This document shows, one piece after another, positions 22,298 to 32,333 of a stretch of 64,000 nt of DNA; positions within the stretch are counted from its first letter, which is position 1; every line of letters starts with the position of its first letter. The stretch is from an uncultured Alphaproteobacteria bacterium. GTDB lineage: Bacteria; Pseudomonadota; Alphaproteobacteria; HIMB59; GCA-002718135. The stretch lies in the NCBI GenBank assembly GCA_902553005.1, contig CACDIK010000003.1, positions 3,113-67,112 on the forward strand. Direction: 5' to 3'. A program made the position numbers and the translations under genes. The notes under the pieces are model-generated. The model made no database searches. It saw nothing but the letters and a program-made list of their open reading frames with translations, and was not told the DNA's origin.

Positions 22298-22981
22298 TTA
22301 CGAGCCAAAACAATATCCTGCAGATCTCACGGTTCTTATAAAATCTTCTTTTACGTCATTATTAATGGCCTTTCGCAGTCTTCTTATATGAACATCAACT
22401 GTTCGAGGTTCTACATGGGCCTCATTTTTCCAAACATGATTTAGTAATTGTTCACGGCTAAAGACACGACCAATATTTTCCATGAAGAAAGCTAATAAAT
22501 TAAATTCTGTTGGACCAAGATGAAGAGTTTCTCCATCTCGTGATGCTGAGTGAGATACAAGGTCAATTACTATTCCTTTATAAGTTAAAACTTCATCTAC
22601 AAACATTGGTCTTATTCGTCGAAGAACAGCTTTTACTCTTGCCACTAATTCGTTAACCGAAAAGGGTTTTGTTATGTAATCATCTGCTCCAGTTTCTAAG
22701 CCGCGAAGTTTATCTTCTTCTTCACCTTTTGCTGTTAACATTATGATAGGAATATTCTTATGTTCTTTATGTTTTCTAATTCTACGACAAAGTTCAATTC
22801 CTGATAACTCTGGTAGCATCCAATCAAGAATAATTATGTCAGGTGGTTTATATAAGATTTTTTCTAAAGCAGTTTCACCATCCGTTGCAGTATCTATTTT
22901 ATATCCTTCTTTATTAAAATTAAATTTTAAAAGATCTAATAATGCTTCTTCATCTTCAACGATAAGCATTTTTAGTTTCAT
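22298..22981 (-). CDS. phoB: Phosphate regulon response regulator (OmpR family)
   Basis: 227 aa with a receiver domain (DWMLP Asp) and a winged-helix domain (RTVDVHIRRLRKA). It is the last gene of the pst-phoU-phoB operon. Confidence 0.9.
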   Translation of the reverse strand: MKLKMLIVEDEEALLDLLKFNFNKEGYKIDTATDGETALEKILYKPPDIIILDWMLPELSGIELCRRIRKHKEHKNIPIIMLTAKGEEEDKLRGLETGADDYITKPFSVNELVARVKAVLRRIRPMFVDEVLTYKGIVIDLVSHSASRDGETLHLGPTEFNLLAFFMENIGRVFSREQLLNHVWKNEAHVEPRTVDVHIRRLRKAINNDVKEDFIRTVRSAGYCFGS

Positions 22982-23022
22982 GAATCTTTACTATTAAAAT
23001 TTTGTTACAATAATATTACAAT

Positions 23023-23733
23023 TTATTTCTTCTTTGGAAGAATTGCTTCCCAGGTTGGGTCTGGATTACCATCAAATAGGGGCTCACCAGAAACTGCATA
23101 ATAAATATCTTCAGCTATATTTTGTACATAGTCACCTATTCGCTCTAGGTCTTTAACCATATATAAAAGACTTGTACATGCTGTGATTCTTTTTGGTTCT
23201 TCCATCATGTAGGTTAATAATTGTCTTAATATTCCAAGATATTCTTCATCAATTTGTCTATCCATTAACCAAACTTTTTTTGCGGCTTGATCTGAAAATT
23301 CTAAAAAAGCTTTTATTACTTCACTGATCATAATATTAACTTGTGCACCCATATTAATAATATCTCTCGAAGGTTTTTCTGGCAAAACTATTTCTGCTAC
23401 TGCTACTCTTTTGGCAATATTTGTTGCATGATCTCCTATTCTTTCTAGATCTTTATTGATTTTAATTGCTGAAAAAATTGTTCGTAAGTCTGCAGCCATC
23501 GGTTGTCTTTTGCCAAGTATTTCAACTAAGCTTTGATCAAGAGTATTATATGCTTTATCAATTACATCATCGTTTTCTATAATTTTTTCTGCAAATTCTG
23601 TATCTTTATCCTTTAAACATAGAAGTGAGTCTTTTAGTTGATTTTCAACTAAACTGCCCATATCAACAATATTATTTTTAATGTCTCTAATTTCTTCATC
23701 ATATGATTTTACAATATGTCCTTCTTGTTTCAT
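23023..23733 (-). CDS. phoU: Phosphate signalling regulator PhoU
   Basis: 236 aa with two PhoU repeats carrying the E/D-x3-D motifs (LERIGDHATNIA and LERIGDYVQNIA). Confidence 0.9.
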   Translation of the reverse strand: MKQEGHIVKSYDEEIRDIKNNIVDMGSLVENQLKDSLLCLKDKDTEFAEKIIENDDVIDKAYNTLDQSLVEILGKRQPMAADLRTIFSAIKINKDLERIGDHATNIAKRVAVAEIVLPEKPSRDIINMGAQVNIMISEVIKAFLEFSDQAAKKVWLMDRQIDEEYLGILRQLLTYMMEEPKRITACTSLLYMVKDLERIGDYVQNIAEDIYYAVSGEPLFDGNPDPTWEAILPKKK

Positions 23734-24494
23734 TAACCAAATCTCCCTGTAATGTAATCCTGTGTTTTTGTATTATCAGGATTTGTAAAAATTTTGTTTG
23801 TCTCACCCGTTTCTATTAATTCTCCTAAATGGAAGAAACATGTTTTCTGCGAAACCCTGGCTGCCTGTTGCATAGAATGAGTTACTATAATAATTGTATA
23901 GTTTAATCTTAACTCATCAATTAATTCTTCTATAATAGCAGTTGCTATTGGATCTAAAGCAGAGCAAGGTTCATCCATTAGGATTATTTCAGGATTAACA
24001 GCAATTGCTCTTGCAATACATAATCGTTGTTGTTGACCGCCTGATAAACTTGTTCCAGGTTCATTTAATCGATCTTTTACTTCATCAAATAGACCTGCCT
24101 TTTTTAATGATGAATGTACAATTTCTTCTAATTCATTTTTTGAGTCAACTAAACCATGTATAGTTGGGCCATAAGCAACATTATCAAAAATAGATTTAGG
24201 AAAAGGATTTGGTTTTTGAAATACCATTCCAATTTTAGATCTTAGACTTACAACATCGGTTTTTTCACTAATAATTTCTTGGTTATCTACTTTTATTGAT
24301 CCCGATACTTTACATATTTCAATTAAATCATTCATTCTGTTTATACATCTTAAGAAAGTTGATTTACCACATCCTGAAGGACCGATTAATGCCGTAACTT
24401 CTTTCTCCTTGATATCCATTGAGATTCCAAAAAGAGCTTGTTTGGATCCATAATATACATCTACACCATTTGCCAATATTTTAGAGTTACTCAT
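23733..24494 (-). CDS. pstB: Phosphate ABC transporter ATPase
   Basis: 253 aa with [23 protein letters not shown], and the PstB-typical [10 protein letters not shown]. Confidence 0.95.
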   Translation of the reverse strand: MSNSKILANGVDVYYGSKQALFGISMDIKEKEVTALIGPSGCGKSTFLRCINRMNDLIEICKVSGSIKVDNQEIISEKTDVVSLRSKIGMVFQKPNPFPKSIFDNVAYGPTIHGLVDSKNELEEIVHSSLKKAGLFDEVKDRLNEPGTSLSGGQQQRLCIARAIAVNPEIILMDEPCSALDPIATAIIEELIDELRLNYTIIIVTHSMQQAARVSQKTCFFHLGELIETGETNKIFTNPDNTKTQDYITGRFG

Positions 24495-24497
24495 GTT

Positions 24498-25778
24498 TTA
24501 CCACTTCCTTTCAAATCTATTTCTTAAGAACACTGCAATGGCATTCATCATAAACAAAAATATTAAAATTACCATTATTGCTGCGGCTGATTTTTCTTGA
24601 AAACCTCTTTCTGCACTTTCCACCCAAAGATATATTTGAACAGGTAGTGCTGCTGAAGGTTCTGTTAAACCAGTTGGAATATTAGGAATAAATGCAATCA
24701 TGCCAATCATTATTAGTGGTGCTGTTTCTCCTAATGCTTGTGCTAATCCAATAATAGTCCCTGTTAAAGTCCCTGGTAGTGCAAGGGGTACGACATGATG
24801 AAATACCGCTTGTGTTTTTGTTGCTCCAACTGCAAGTGCTCCTTCTTTAATTGAAGGAGGAACAGCTTTCAATGAAGCTCGACAGGCAATGATAATGGTT
24901 GGTAACGTCATTAAGGCTAATACGGACCCTCCAACTAACGGTGTACTCCTTGGAAGACCAAAAACATTAAGCAATACCCCCAACCCAAGTAGTCCAAAAA
25001 CTATTGATGGGACTGCTGCTAGATTTGAAATATTTACTTCTATTAATTCAGTTATTCTATTTTTTGGAGCAAATTCCTCAAGATAAACAGACGCTCCTAT
25101 AGCAATTGGAAAAGATAAAATAAAAACAGTAAAAAGAGTAAATAATGATCCCATAAATGAACCAGCTACACCAGCAATTTCAGGATGCCTTGAATCTGCT
25201 TTAGTAAAAAAGAAATTATTAAAAACTTGTTTAACTCTATTTTCTTCAACTAATTGATCAACATAACTTAATTGAATATCATTTAATTTTCTTCTATCTT
25301 CTGGCACATCCCTTCTTGAATTACCTTTTAATAGTTGATCCACATCACTATGGGCGGTTACCCAAATTTGTTGCTTAGTGTTAATAACTTCAGGATTATC
25401 TAAGAAGTAGTCTTTAATTTCCTTATCTACATTTATAGAAAATAATTTTTTTACTAATTTAATATCTGATTTTGAGAGATCAGGGAAAAAATTTTCAATA
25501 GCCTGTTTTTTAACTCTAAAAAATTTTCCTTTTTCCATATCTTCATCTGAAGAGTCAGGTGTTAGTTTTAAAACCTCTTGATTATAATCAACTTCTAGGA
25601 GAACAATTGTTTTTTGAAAAGCAGTGTATCCTTTAGAAAATATTGTATACAAAAGAAAAACTAAAACTGCTAAAGATAAACACATAGCTGTAAAGCCGTA
25701 ATACTTAAATCGCATATCTTCTAAACTTCTCTTTTTTCTCAAAGAAACAATTTTTTCTTTAGCAATAGAATTATTCAT
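24498..25778 (-). CDS. pstA: Phosphate ABC transporter permease PstA (long form)
   Basis: 426 aa with the permease EAA-loop region (EGALAVGATKTQ). It sits between pstC and pstB. Confidence 0.9.
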   Translation of the reverse strand: MNNSIAKEKIVSLRKKRSLEDMRFKYYGFTAMCLSLAVLVFLLYTIFSKGYTAFQKTIVLLEVDYNQEVLKLTPDSSDEDMEKGKFFRVKKQAIENFFPDLSKSDIKLVKKLFSINVDKEIKDYFLDNPEVINTKQQIWVTAHSDVDQLLKGNSRRDVPEDRRKLNDIQLSYVDQLVEENRVKQVFNNFFFTKADSRHPEIAGVAGSFMGSLFTLFTVFILSFPIAIGASVYLEEFAPKNRITELIEVNISNLAAVPSIVFGLLGLGVLLNVFGLPRSTPLVGGSVLALMTLPTIIIACRASLKAVPPSIKEGALAVGATKTQAVFHHVVPLALPGTLTGTIIGLAQALGETAPLIMIGMIAFIPNIPTGLTEPSAALPVQIYLWVESAERGFQEKSAAAIMVILIFLFMMNAIAVFLRNRFERKW

Positions 25779-27144
25779 AACGCTCCCTGTATCTCTTTAC
25801 TATTTGTAGAGCTATAATGTTAAGAAATAATGTAATAACAAATAAAACTAATCCTAAAGCAAATGCTGATAATGTTCTTGGGTTATCAAATTCTTGATCA
25901 CCTATTAAGGCCACAACAATTTGAACTGTAACTGTTGTTACGTTTTCAAAAGGATTGCCCGTAAGATTGGGGGCTGTGCCTGCTGCAACTACAACAATCA
26001 TAGTCTCCCCTATCGCTCTGGATATTGCTAATAAAAATGCTCCTACAATTCCAGGTAAAGCTGCTGGTAAAATTACTTTTTTAATAGTTTCTGCTTTATT
26101 AGCGCCAATACCAAGAGATGCTTCCCTTAGACTTTGTGGGACAGAGTTTATTACATCATCAGATAAAGAAGAAATAAAAGGAATAATCATAACCCCCATT
26201 ACCATGCCGGCTGCAAGAGCGCTTGTTGGTGAAGCATCAATTCCAATTGATTGTCCAAATGCTTTAACGAAAGGTGCAACACTAACAAAAGCAAAGAACC
26301 CGTAAACTATTGTTGGTATCCCTGCCAAAATTTCGAGAAGAGGTTTAACTATTTTTCTAACTCTTTGACTTGCGTATTCTGCTAAATAAATTGCTGTTAA
26401 TAATCCAAGAGGTGCCGCAACACACATGGCTACTACCATTACTAAAAATGTTCCAGCAAATATTGGTACTGCACCAAAGGATCCCTCTGCAGCTGTTTGA
26501 CCTTCTCTAATTGGAATAAAAGGATACCACTCAGTACTAAATAAAAATTCGAATATTGATACTTCTGCAAAAAAGCGAAGGCTTTCAAATATTAGTGAAA
26601 AAACTATTCCTATTGTAGTGAAAATAGCAACAGATGAACAAAATATAAGTATATATTGAATATATTTTTCAATTGTATGTTGAGCATGAAAATCTGGTTT
26701 TAATTTTTGTGAAGCGTATAAGGCTCCAAGTAACATTATAATGATTATTGAGGTATAAAAAGATATTTGACTTATTTGTCTTAAGGAAGAATAATGAGAT
26801 GCAGCATTAATTATTTCTATAGATTTACCATCAGCAAAAGAAGGGTTATTAGCAACATTTCTAATCTCTGCTAACAATAATCCTTCGTTGTAAACTGCGC
26901 CCTCAATATATTCAAAGTTACTAATAACTATGTTTTGAATAATCTGTTCTTGAAAAATAGCCCATGAAAAATAAACAATTAGTGCAGGAAACAAACACCA
27001 CATTAAAACGTATTGTGCGTAATAATTGGGAAGAGATTTGCTTTTCGTACCTTGTTTTTTAGAGTTTAATTTAATTCTTGATCTTCCGTATATAAAGGAT
27101 GAGAAAATTCCGACTGCAATTAAAACTAAAGACCAAAAAAACAT
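25771..27144 (-). CDS. pstC: Phosphate ABC transporter permease PstC (long form)
   Basis: 457 aa with the EAA-loop region (REASLGIGANKAETI). It follows pstS. Confidence 0.9.
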   Translation of the reverse strand: MFFWSLVLIAVGIFSSFIYGRSRIKLNSKKQGTKSKSLPNYYAQYVLMWCLFPALIVYFSWAIFQEQIIQNIVISNFEYIEGAVYNEGLLLAEIRNVANNPSFADGKSIEIINAASHYSSLRQISQISFYTSIIIIMLLGALYASQKLKPDFHAQHTIEKYIQYILIFCSSVAIFTTIGIVFSLIFESLRFFAEVSIFEFLFSTEWYPFIPIREGQTAAEGSFGAVPIFAGTFLVMVVAMCVAAPLGLLTAIYLAEYASQRVRKIVKPLLEILAGIPTIVYGFFAFVSVAPFVKAFGQSIGIDASPTSALAAGMVMGVMIIPFISSLSDDVINSVPQSLREASLGIGANKAETIKKVILPAALPGIVGAFLLAISRAIGETMIVVVAAGTAPNLTGNPFENVTTVTVQIVVALIGDQEFDNPRTLSAFALGLVLFVITLFLNIIALQIVKRYRERYE

Positions 27145-27159
27145 TTATAACTTAGTATT

Positions 27160-27185
27160 AAAAAAAAGGGGGCTTGTATGCCCCC
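27160..27185 (-). terminator. Intercistronic hairpin plus T-run after pstS (attenuator or mRNA stabiliser)
   Basis: The minus strand reads GGGGGC-ATACAA-GCCCCC followed by 8 T. It lies between the pstS stop and the pstC start. Confidence 0.7.
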
Positions 27186-27207
27186 ATTTTATAAAAATTT
27201 AAGATTT

Positions 27208-28215
27208 TTATTTATAATTTGTTTGATTAGAAATAGCATCAAGAACAGCTGCTCTATCCGCAGGACTTAGTTGAACAAGTCCAGCATCTAGTAAGTAACC
27301 TTCTGTTGCTTCTTCACTTACAAACTCATTAACATAATCCATTAAACCAGGAATAACACCAATGTGTGCTTTTTTAATGTAGAAGAATAAAGGTCTTGCT
27401 ATTGGATATGAATAATCTTGGATACCTTCCATAGAGATTTCAACACCGTTAATCATTGACGCTTTAACTTTATCAGAATTATTAGATACAAAACTATAAC
27501 CAAAGATACCGAATGCACCTTGTTCTTTAGTTATATGCTCAACATACAGTTCATCATTTTCACCACCTTCAATAACATGGCCATCTTCACGATACGCTTT
27601 ACAATCACCGTCAGCAACTAACATATCTTTAACACAACCCTTTTTCATTACAAGTGAGTCAAATGCATCTCTTGTTCCAGAAGTTGGAGGAGGTGCCATG
27701 ATAGAAATTTCAACTTTTGGTAATCTTTTATCTATTTCATACCAAGTTGTTGGAGCATTTGCATTATCTCTAGCCATTGCCTGCCAGATTTCTTCTTTAG
27801 TTAAATCAATGCCACCTTTCATTGTAGCACCGTTAGTATATTTCCATTCATAATCTGCAGCGTATGCAAAAGCTATACCATCATTACCAACTCTAACTTC
27901 GATGATATCGGTTACACCGCCATCTTGGCAAAGTTTGAATTCTTTATCTTTTTGTGCTCTTGAAGAGTTAGTGATATCTGGATGTTCAACTCCAACACCT
28001 GCACAAAATAATTTGTGTCCTCCACCAGAACCAGTTGATTCAATTACGGGTGCTTTCATTCCTTGAGATGCCATTTTTTCAGCAACTAAAGTAGCGAAAG
28101 GATAAACTGTAGAAGATCCTACAATTGAAATATAGTCTCTTGCTGAAACTGAAGTAGTTCCAAATAATGCAAGGACAGCAATTAATTTGATTATATTTTT
28201 CATATTAAGCCTCAT
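27208..28215 (-). CDS. pstS: Periplasmic phosphate-binding protein PstS
   Basis: It has a signal peptide and the GSSTVYPF motif of PstS-family binding proteins, and heads pstCAB. The true start is probably the second ATG at 28203 (MKNIIK...), which is preceded by GAGG. Confidence 0.85.
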   Translation of the reverse strand: MRLNMKNIIKLIAVLALFGTTSVSARDYISIVGSSTVYPFATLVAEKMASQGMKAPVIESTGSGGGHKLFCAGVGVEHPDITNSSRAQKDKEFKLCQDGGVTDIIEVRVGNDGIAFAYAADYEWKYTNGATMKGGIDLTKEEIWQAMARDNANAPTTWYEIDKRLPKVEISIMAPPPTSGTRDAFDSLVMKKGCVKDMLVADGDCKAYREDGHVIEGGENDELYVEHITKEQGAFGIFGYSFVSNNSDKVKASMINGVEISMEGIQDYSYPIARPLFFYIKKAHIGVIPGLMDYVNEFVSEEATEGYLLDAGLVQLSPADRAAVLDAISNQTNYK

Positions 28216-28245
28216 TTAAAATAAGATTGTCCTAAAGAATATATA

Positions 28246-29298
28246 TTAAGGATTTATTACAGTTTGCTGAAATACTGGTAAAGAAATAGTAAATGTTGAA
28301 CCCTTATCTACCTTGCTTTTTATCGATAATTTACCATTATGCCTATTAGTTATATGTTTAACAATAGATAAACCCAAACCCGTACCGCCTTGATTTCGAG
28401 ATCTATTTTTATCTACTCTATAAAATCTTTCAGTAAGTCTAGTTAAATGCTCTTTCGATATGCCTTCTCCCTTATCTATAAAACTTATTTGGCAAAAGGT
28501 GGTATTGTCATCAATTACACTCTCAAGCTCAATTTCAATAGTAGAATTTTCTTTGCTATATTTGATTGCATTATCAGTTAGATTTAAAAAAACTTGGATC
28601 AAAGCATCTTTGTTTGCTGATATTGTAGACTTATCAAAATCATCCTTGATTTGAACTTCAATTTTTTTTGCCATTAACTTGTTTTGTAAATTATCTACTA
28701 CGCCATCAATTAATTGCCTTATATTCGCTTCTTGAAATTCTATCGGCTTATCTTCAGTCTCATATTTACTTAGTAATAATAAATCTTCGACTAATCTAGT
28801 CATACGCCAAGCCTGATCTTCCATTGTGTCTAAAAATTTACCAACCGTTTTGTCTTTGTTCTTATCTTCATTGAGTGAATTTTTAATTGTTTCAACATAG
28901 CCTAGAATTGAGGAAAGAGGAGTTCTCAATTCATGGCTTACATTAGCCACAAAATCTGTTCGCATTTGTTCGTAGTTTTTAAGAAGACTTTGATCGTTTA
29001 GTGATATTAATAATTCTTCATAATCTTTTTCAACAAATATTAAGTCAGCAATAAAATACATATCACTAAAATTAGATGGGGTGAATTCAAACTTAAAATC
29101 TTCTTTCTCCCTAAAGGCTTTATCAATAAAAGTATTTAACTCTGTTGATCTAATAATATTATTGAGATCTCTTCCTTCATCGATAAATAAAAATTTTTGT
29201 TTAGCTGCATTATTGTAAAAAATTATTTCCTTATTTGTATCAATTGCAATAATAATCGAAGGTATCTTACTTAGACTTAGTCTTAATTTTTTTTTCAT
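28246..29298 (-). CDS. phoR: Phosphate regulon sensor histidine kinase, with no membrane anchor
   Basis: 350 aa with an N-terminal PAS-like segment, the H-box SHELRTPL, and N/G boxes (DNAIKYS, GGTGLGLSIV). No hydrophobic transmembrane segment is visible. Confidence 0.85.
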   Translation of the reverse strand: MKKKLRLSLSKIPSIIIAIDTNKEIIFYNNAAKQKFLFIDEGRDLNNIIRSTELNTFIDKAFREKEDFKFEFTPSNFSDMYFIADLIFVEKDYEELLISLNDQSLLKNYEQMRTDFVANVSHELRTPLSSILGYVETIKNSLNEDKNKDKTVGKFLDTMEDQAWRMTRLVEDLLLLSKYETEDKPIEFQEANIRQLIDGVVDNLQNKLMAKKIEVQIKDDFDKSTISANKDALIQVFLNLTDNAIKYSKENSTIEIELESVIDDNTTFCQISFIDKGEGISKEHLTRLTERFYRVDKNRSRNQGGTGLGLSIVKHITNRHNGKLSIKSKVDKGSTFTISLPVFQQTVINP

Positions 29299-29794
29299 AT
29301 TTTTTTAATTTTGGCCAATCATTGTCACTTAAAATATAACCTACACAATTTCTAGAACCACACTTACAAATGTGATCCACAAAATCTGTATCAAAAGGAT
29401 AACCATAGTTATAGAAAAGTTCGTCTCCTTTTTTTATTCGTTTAATAGAAGAAATCCAAATCTCATTATCTATGATGTCTACTTCACAATTAGGATTGCA
29501 TGAATGATTTATAAATTTTGCAAAATTATAATCGACATCACCGTCAATGTCATATCGCTTGTTTAGTTCAAAAACATAGACCATGCCATTATTTTTATCT
29601 TTTTTTGCTTTGCGGATTTGTTTATCTGCTCTTTTGTCACCCTCTCTTTTAGTAACTTTATCACCAATATATTGGATTACTTTCTGGCCTTTTTTAATAT
29701 TCGTTTTTGCAAATAACCCAGAACCGTGAAGGGGTGATTTTTTTTTAAACCAAATTTTCTGCGTCATACTGTTATTTTTATACAATACACACAT
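29267..29794 (-). CDS. SET-domain protein (putative lysine methyltransferase) with a post-SET Cys cluster
   Basis: It has the NHSCNPNC and ELFYNYGY SET motifs and the C-terminal CKCGSRNCVGY. The likely true start is MTQKIW at 29767. It overlaps the phoR start by 32 nt. Confidence 0.8.
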   Translation of the reverse strand: MCVLYKNNSMTQKIWFKKKSPLHGSGLFAKTNIKKGQKVIQYIGDKVTKREGDKRADKQIRKAKKDKNNGMVYVFELNKRYDIDGDVDYNFAKFINHSCNPNCEVDIIDNEIWISSIKRIKKGDELFYNYGYPFDTDFVDHICKCGSRNCVGYILSDNDWPKLKKYEKKIKTKSK

Positions 29795-29852
29795 ATAATA
29801 ATAAATTGTATTATAAAATGATACTTTTATGTATAAGAAAAATCTTTAATTA

Positions 29853-30665
29853 ATGAAATTTAAAAGTAATAAAAAATTTTACCGCACAATTTGGATTTCG
29901 GATACCCATCTAGGAACCAGTGGTTGTAAAAGCAAAATGCTTTTAGAATTCTTAGAAGAAACAGATTCGGAATATTTATTTTTAGTAGGCGACATTGTTG
30001 ATGGATGGCGCATGCGTAAGAAAATGTATTGGCCACAAGAACATAACGACGTGGTTCAAAAAGTTTTAAAGAAAGCGAAAAATGGAACTAGGGTAGTGCT
30101 TATTCCAGGAAATCATGATGAGGTATTAAAAGATTTTACAAATTTTTCTTTTGGAGAAATTTCTATCAAAAATGAAGATACGCATCAATTAGCTGATGGA
30201 AGGAAAGTACTGATTACACACGGAGATGAATTTGATGCTGTGATAATTAATGCGAGGTGGTTAGCCAAAGTGGGATCAGCACTTTATGAATATTTACTAA
30301 AGTTAAATAATGTATTTAATTTTATTCGACGAAAGATGGGCTTGTCTTACTGGTCACTGTCTCAATATTTAAAAAAGAAAACAAAGCATGCAACTAACTT
30401 TATTAGTAATTTTGAGTTTGCTGTATCTGATAGAGCTAGAAGAGAAAATGCCGATGTTGTTGTATGTGGGCATATACATAGACCAGAAATAAAAGAATTA
30501 AATGGTGTTCTCTATTGTAATGATGGTGACTGGATTGAAAGTTGTACAGCACTTGTTGAAGATGAAATTGGCAATTTATCAATTCTTAATTGGCCCGAAG
30601 AAAGAGAAAATTTAAAATTAATTTCTTTAGAAGAAAGACGAAAAATAAAAGAGGATGCAGCCTAA
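29853..30665 (+). CDS. plcP: LpxH-like metallophosphoesterase, PlcP-type phospholipase C candidate (copy 1)
   Basis: 270 aa with calcineurin-type motifs (ISDTHLG, GDIVDGW, GNHD, GHIH). It is coupled to a GT4 glycosyltransferase, as in the described P-starvation lipid-remodelling operon. Confidence 0.7.
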   Translation: MKFKSNKKFYRTIWISDTHLGTSGCKSKMLLEFLEETDSEYLFLVGDIVDGWRMRKKMYWPQEHNDVVQKVLKKAKNGTRVVLIPGNHDEVLKDFTNFSFGEISIKNEDTHQLADGRKVLITHGDEFDAVIINARWLAKVGSALYEYLLKLNNVFNFIRRKMGLSYWSLSQYLKKKTKHATNFISNFEFAVSDRARRENADVVVCGHIHRPEIKELNGVLYCNDGDWIESCTALVEDEIGNLSILNWPEERENLKLISLEERRKIKEDAA

Positions 30666-31656
30666 AAAAATCGCATTAATTAGTGATGCGTGGGTTCCTC
30701 AGGTAAATGGCGTAGTTACGACATTTCAAAGCGTTATACCTATTCTAGAAAAAAAAGGTTTTGAAATTAAAATATTACATCCTGAGATGTTTAATAATTT
30801 TAGTTATCCTAGGTACAAAGAAATAAAGATTTCTTACAACACTAAGAAAGTTACTGAAAAATTTTTTAAAGAATTTAATCCAGATATTGTTCATATAATG
30901 ACTGAAGGTCCAGTAGGTTTTGCTGGTCGTAAGTACTGTCTTAAAAATAAACTACAATATACTTCTTCCTTTCACACTCGTTTTCCTGATTATATTAAAC
31001 AAAGAGCTTTTATCCCAAAGAGATTTACTTATTCCATATTAAGAAAACTACATAGTGATTCTGAAAAAGTTCTTGTTCCATCAGTTTCAATGCTAAATGA
31101 GTTAAAAAAATATAATTTTAAAAATTTAGTAGTTTGGAACAGAGGTGTTGATACAGAATTATTTAATCCAAATAAAAGAGACACAAACAGTAAAGATAGA
31201 CAACTGACTTATGTTGGAAGAGTAGCAATTGAAAAAAATATTGAAGAATTTTTAAAACTTAAAGGAAATTATAATAAAATAGTTGTGGGGGATGGTCCTG
31301 AATTAGAAAAATATACTAATAAGTATCCTGAAGTAAATTTTGTTGGTTTAAAAACCGGAGAAGAATTAGCAAAGTATTATGCAAACGCAGATGTGTTTGT
31401 ATTTCCTTCTAAAACAGACACTTTAGGAAATGTAATACTTGAAGCATTGGCTAGTGGAACACCAGTTGCTGCATATCCAGTAACTGGGCCTATAGATGTA
31501 TTAACAGATGAGAAGATTAACACTTTAGATAATGACTTATTACAATCAATTAAAAAAGCGCTTAAAGTAAAAAGGGTTGATTGTAGAAATTTTACACTTA
31601 ATTTAACATGGGATAAATGCGTGAAAGAATTTTTAGAATACATGGTAAACGTCTAG
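30655..31656 (+). CDS. agt: GT4 glycosyltransferase, Agt-type glycolipid synthase candidate (copy 1)
   Basis: 333 aa with the GT-B/GT4 C-terminal EX7E-like region (PSKTDTLGNVILEALASGTPV). It overlaps plcP by 11 nt. Confidence 0.7.
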   Translation: MQPKKIALISDAWVPQVNGVVTTFQSVIPILEKKGFEIKILHPEMFNNFSYPRYKEIKISYNTKKVTEKFFKEFNPDIVHIMTEGPVGFAGRKYCLKNKLQYTSSFHTRFPDYIKQRAFIPKRFTYSILRKLHSDSEKVLVPSVSMLNELKKYNFKNLVVWNRGVDTELFNPNKRDTNSKDRQLTYVGRVAIEKNIEEFLKLKGNYNKIVVGDGPELEKYTNKYPEVNFVGLKTGEELAKYYANADVFVFPSKTDTLGNVILEALASGTPVAAYPVTGPIDVLTDEKINTLDNDLLQSIKKALKVKRVDCRNFTLNLTWDKCVKEFLEYMVNV

Positions 31657-31676
31657 TTATTTAGGGTAATTTTGTA

Positions 31677-32333
31677 ATGACATATTCTTTAAGACAAAAA
31701 ATACTAGCAGAATTTATTGGGACATATTTTCTTGTACTAACAGTTGTAGGTAGTGGAATTATGGGAGAGTTAATGTCAAATGACCTTGGTATAATATTAC
31801 TAGGAAACACAATTGCAACAGGTGCCATTTTATTTGTAATTATTTCTATGTTTATTAATATCTCAGGGGCATACTTTAATCCTGCTGTTGTATTAAGTGA
31901 TATTATTCAAAAAAATATTCCTATTAATTATGGAATAATTTTTATTTTTACTCAGATTATTGCTGGTATATTTGGTTGTTTAACTGCAAATTGGTATTTT
32001 GAATATCCCATAATTGAATGGTCACTCAATGAAAGAGTTGGTGTATTTAAATTCTTTTCAGAAATAATTGCAACTGTTGGATTATTATTAACTATTTTTA
32101 TATTAAAAGAGGTAAACAAGGAAAGAATAGCTATTGGTGTCGCTCTATTTATTACTGCAGGATATTGGTTTACATCATCAACAAGTTTTGCAAATCCAGC
32201 AGTAACCATAGGAAGAATGTTTACAGATAGTTTTAGTGGAATAAGTCCATCAAGCGTTATAGGTTTTATTTTAGCTCAGATTATTGGGGCTCTTATTGCT
32301 ACAGTTACTGTTAGATTGTTTTTTAAAAATTAA
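31677..32333 (+). CDS. MIP-family channel (aquaporin or aquaglyceroporin)
   Basis: 218 aa with six predicted transmembrane segments and two NPA boxes (YFNPAVV and FANPAVTIG). Confidence 0.85.
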   Translation: MTYSLRQKILAEFIGTYFLVLTVVGSGIMGELMSNDLGIILLGNTIATGAILFVIISMFINISGAYFNPAVVLSDIIQKNIPINYGIIFIFTQIIAGIFGCLTANWYFEYPIIEWSLNERVGVFKFFSEIIATVGLLLTIFILKEVNKERIAIGVALFITAGYWFTSSTSFANPAVTIGRMFTDSFSGISPSSVIGFILAQIIGALIATVTVRLFFKN

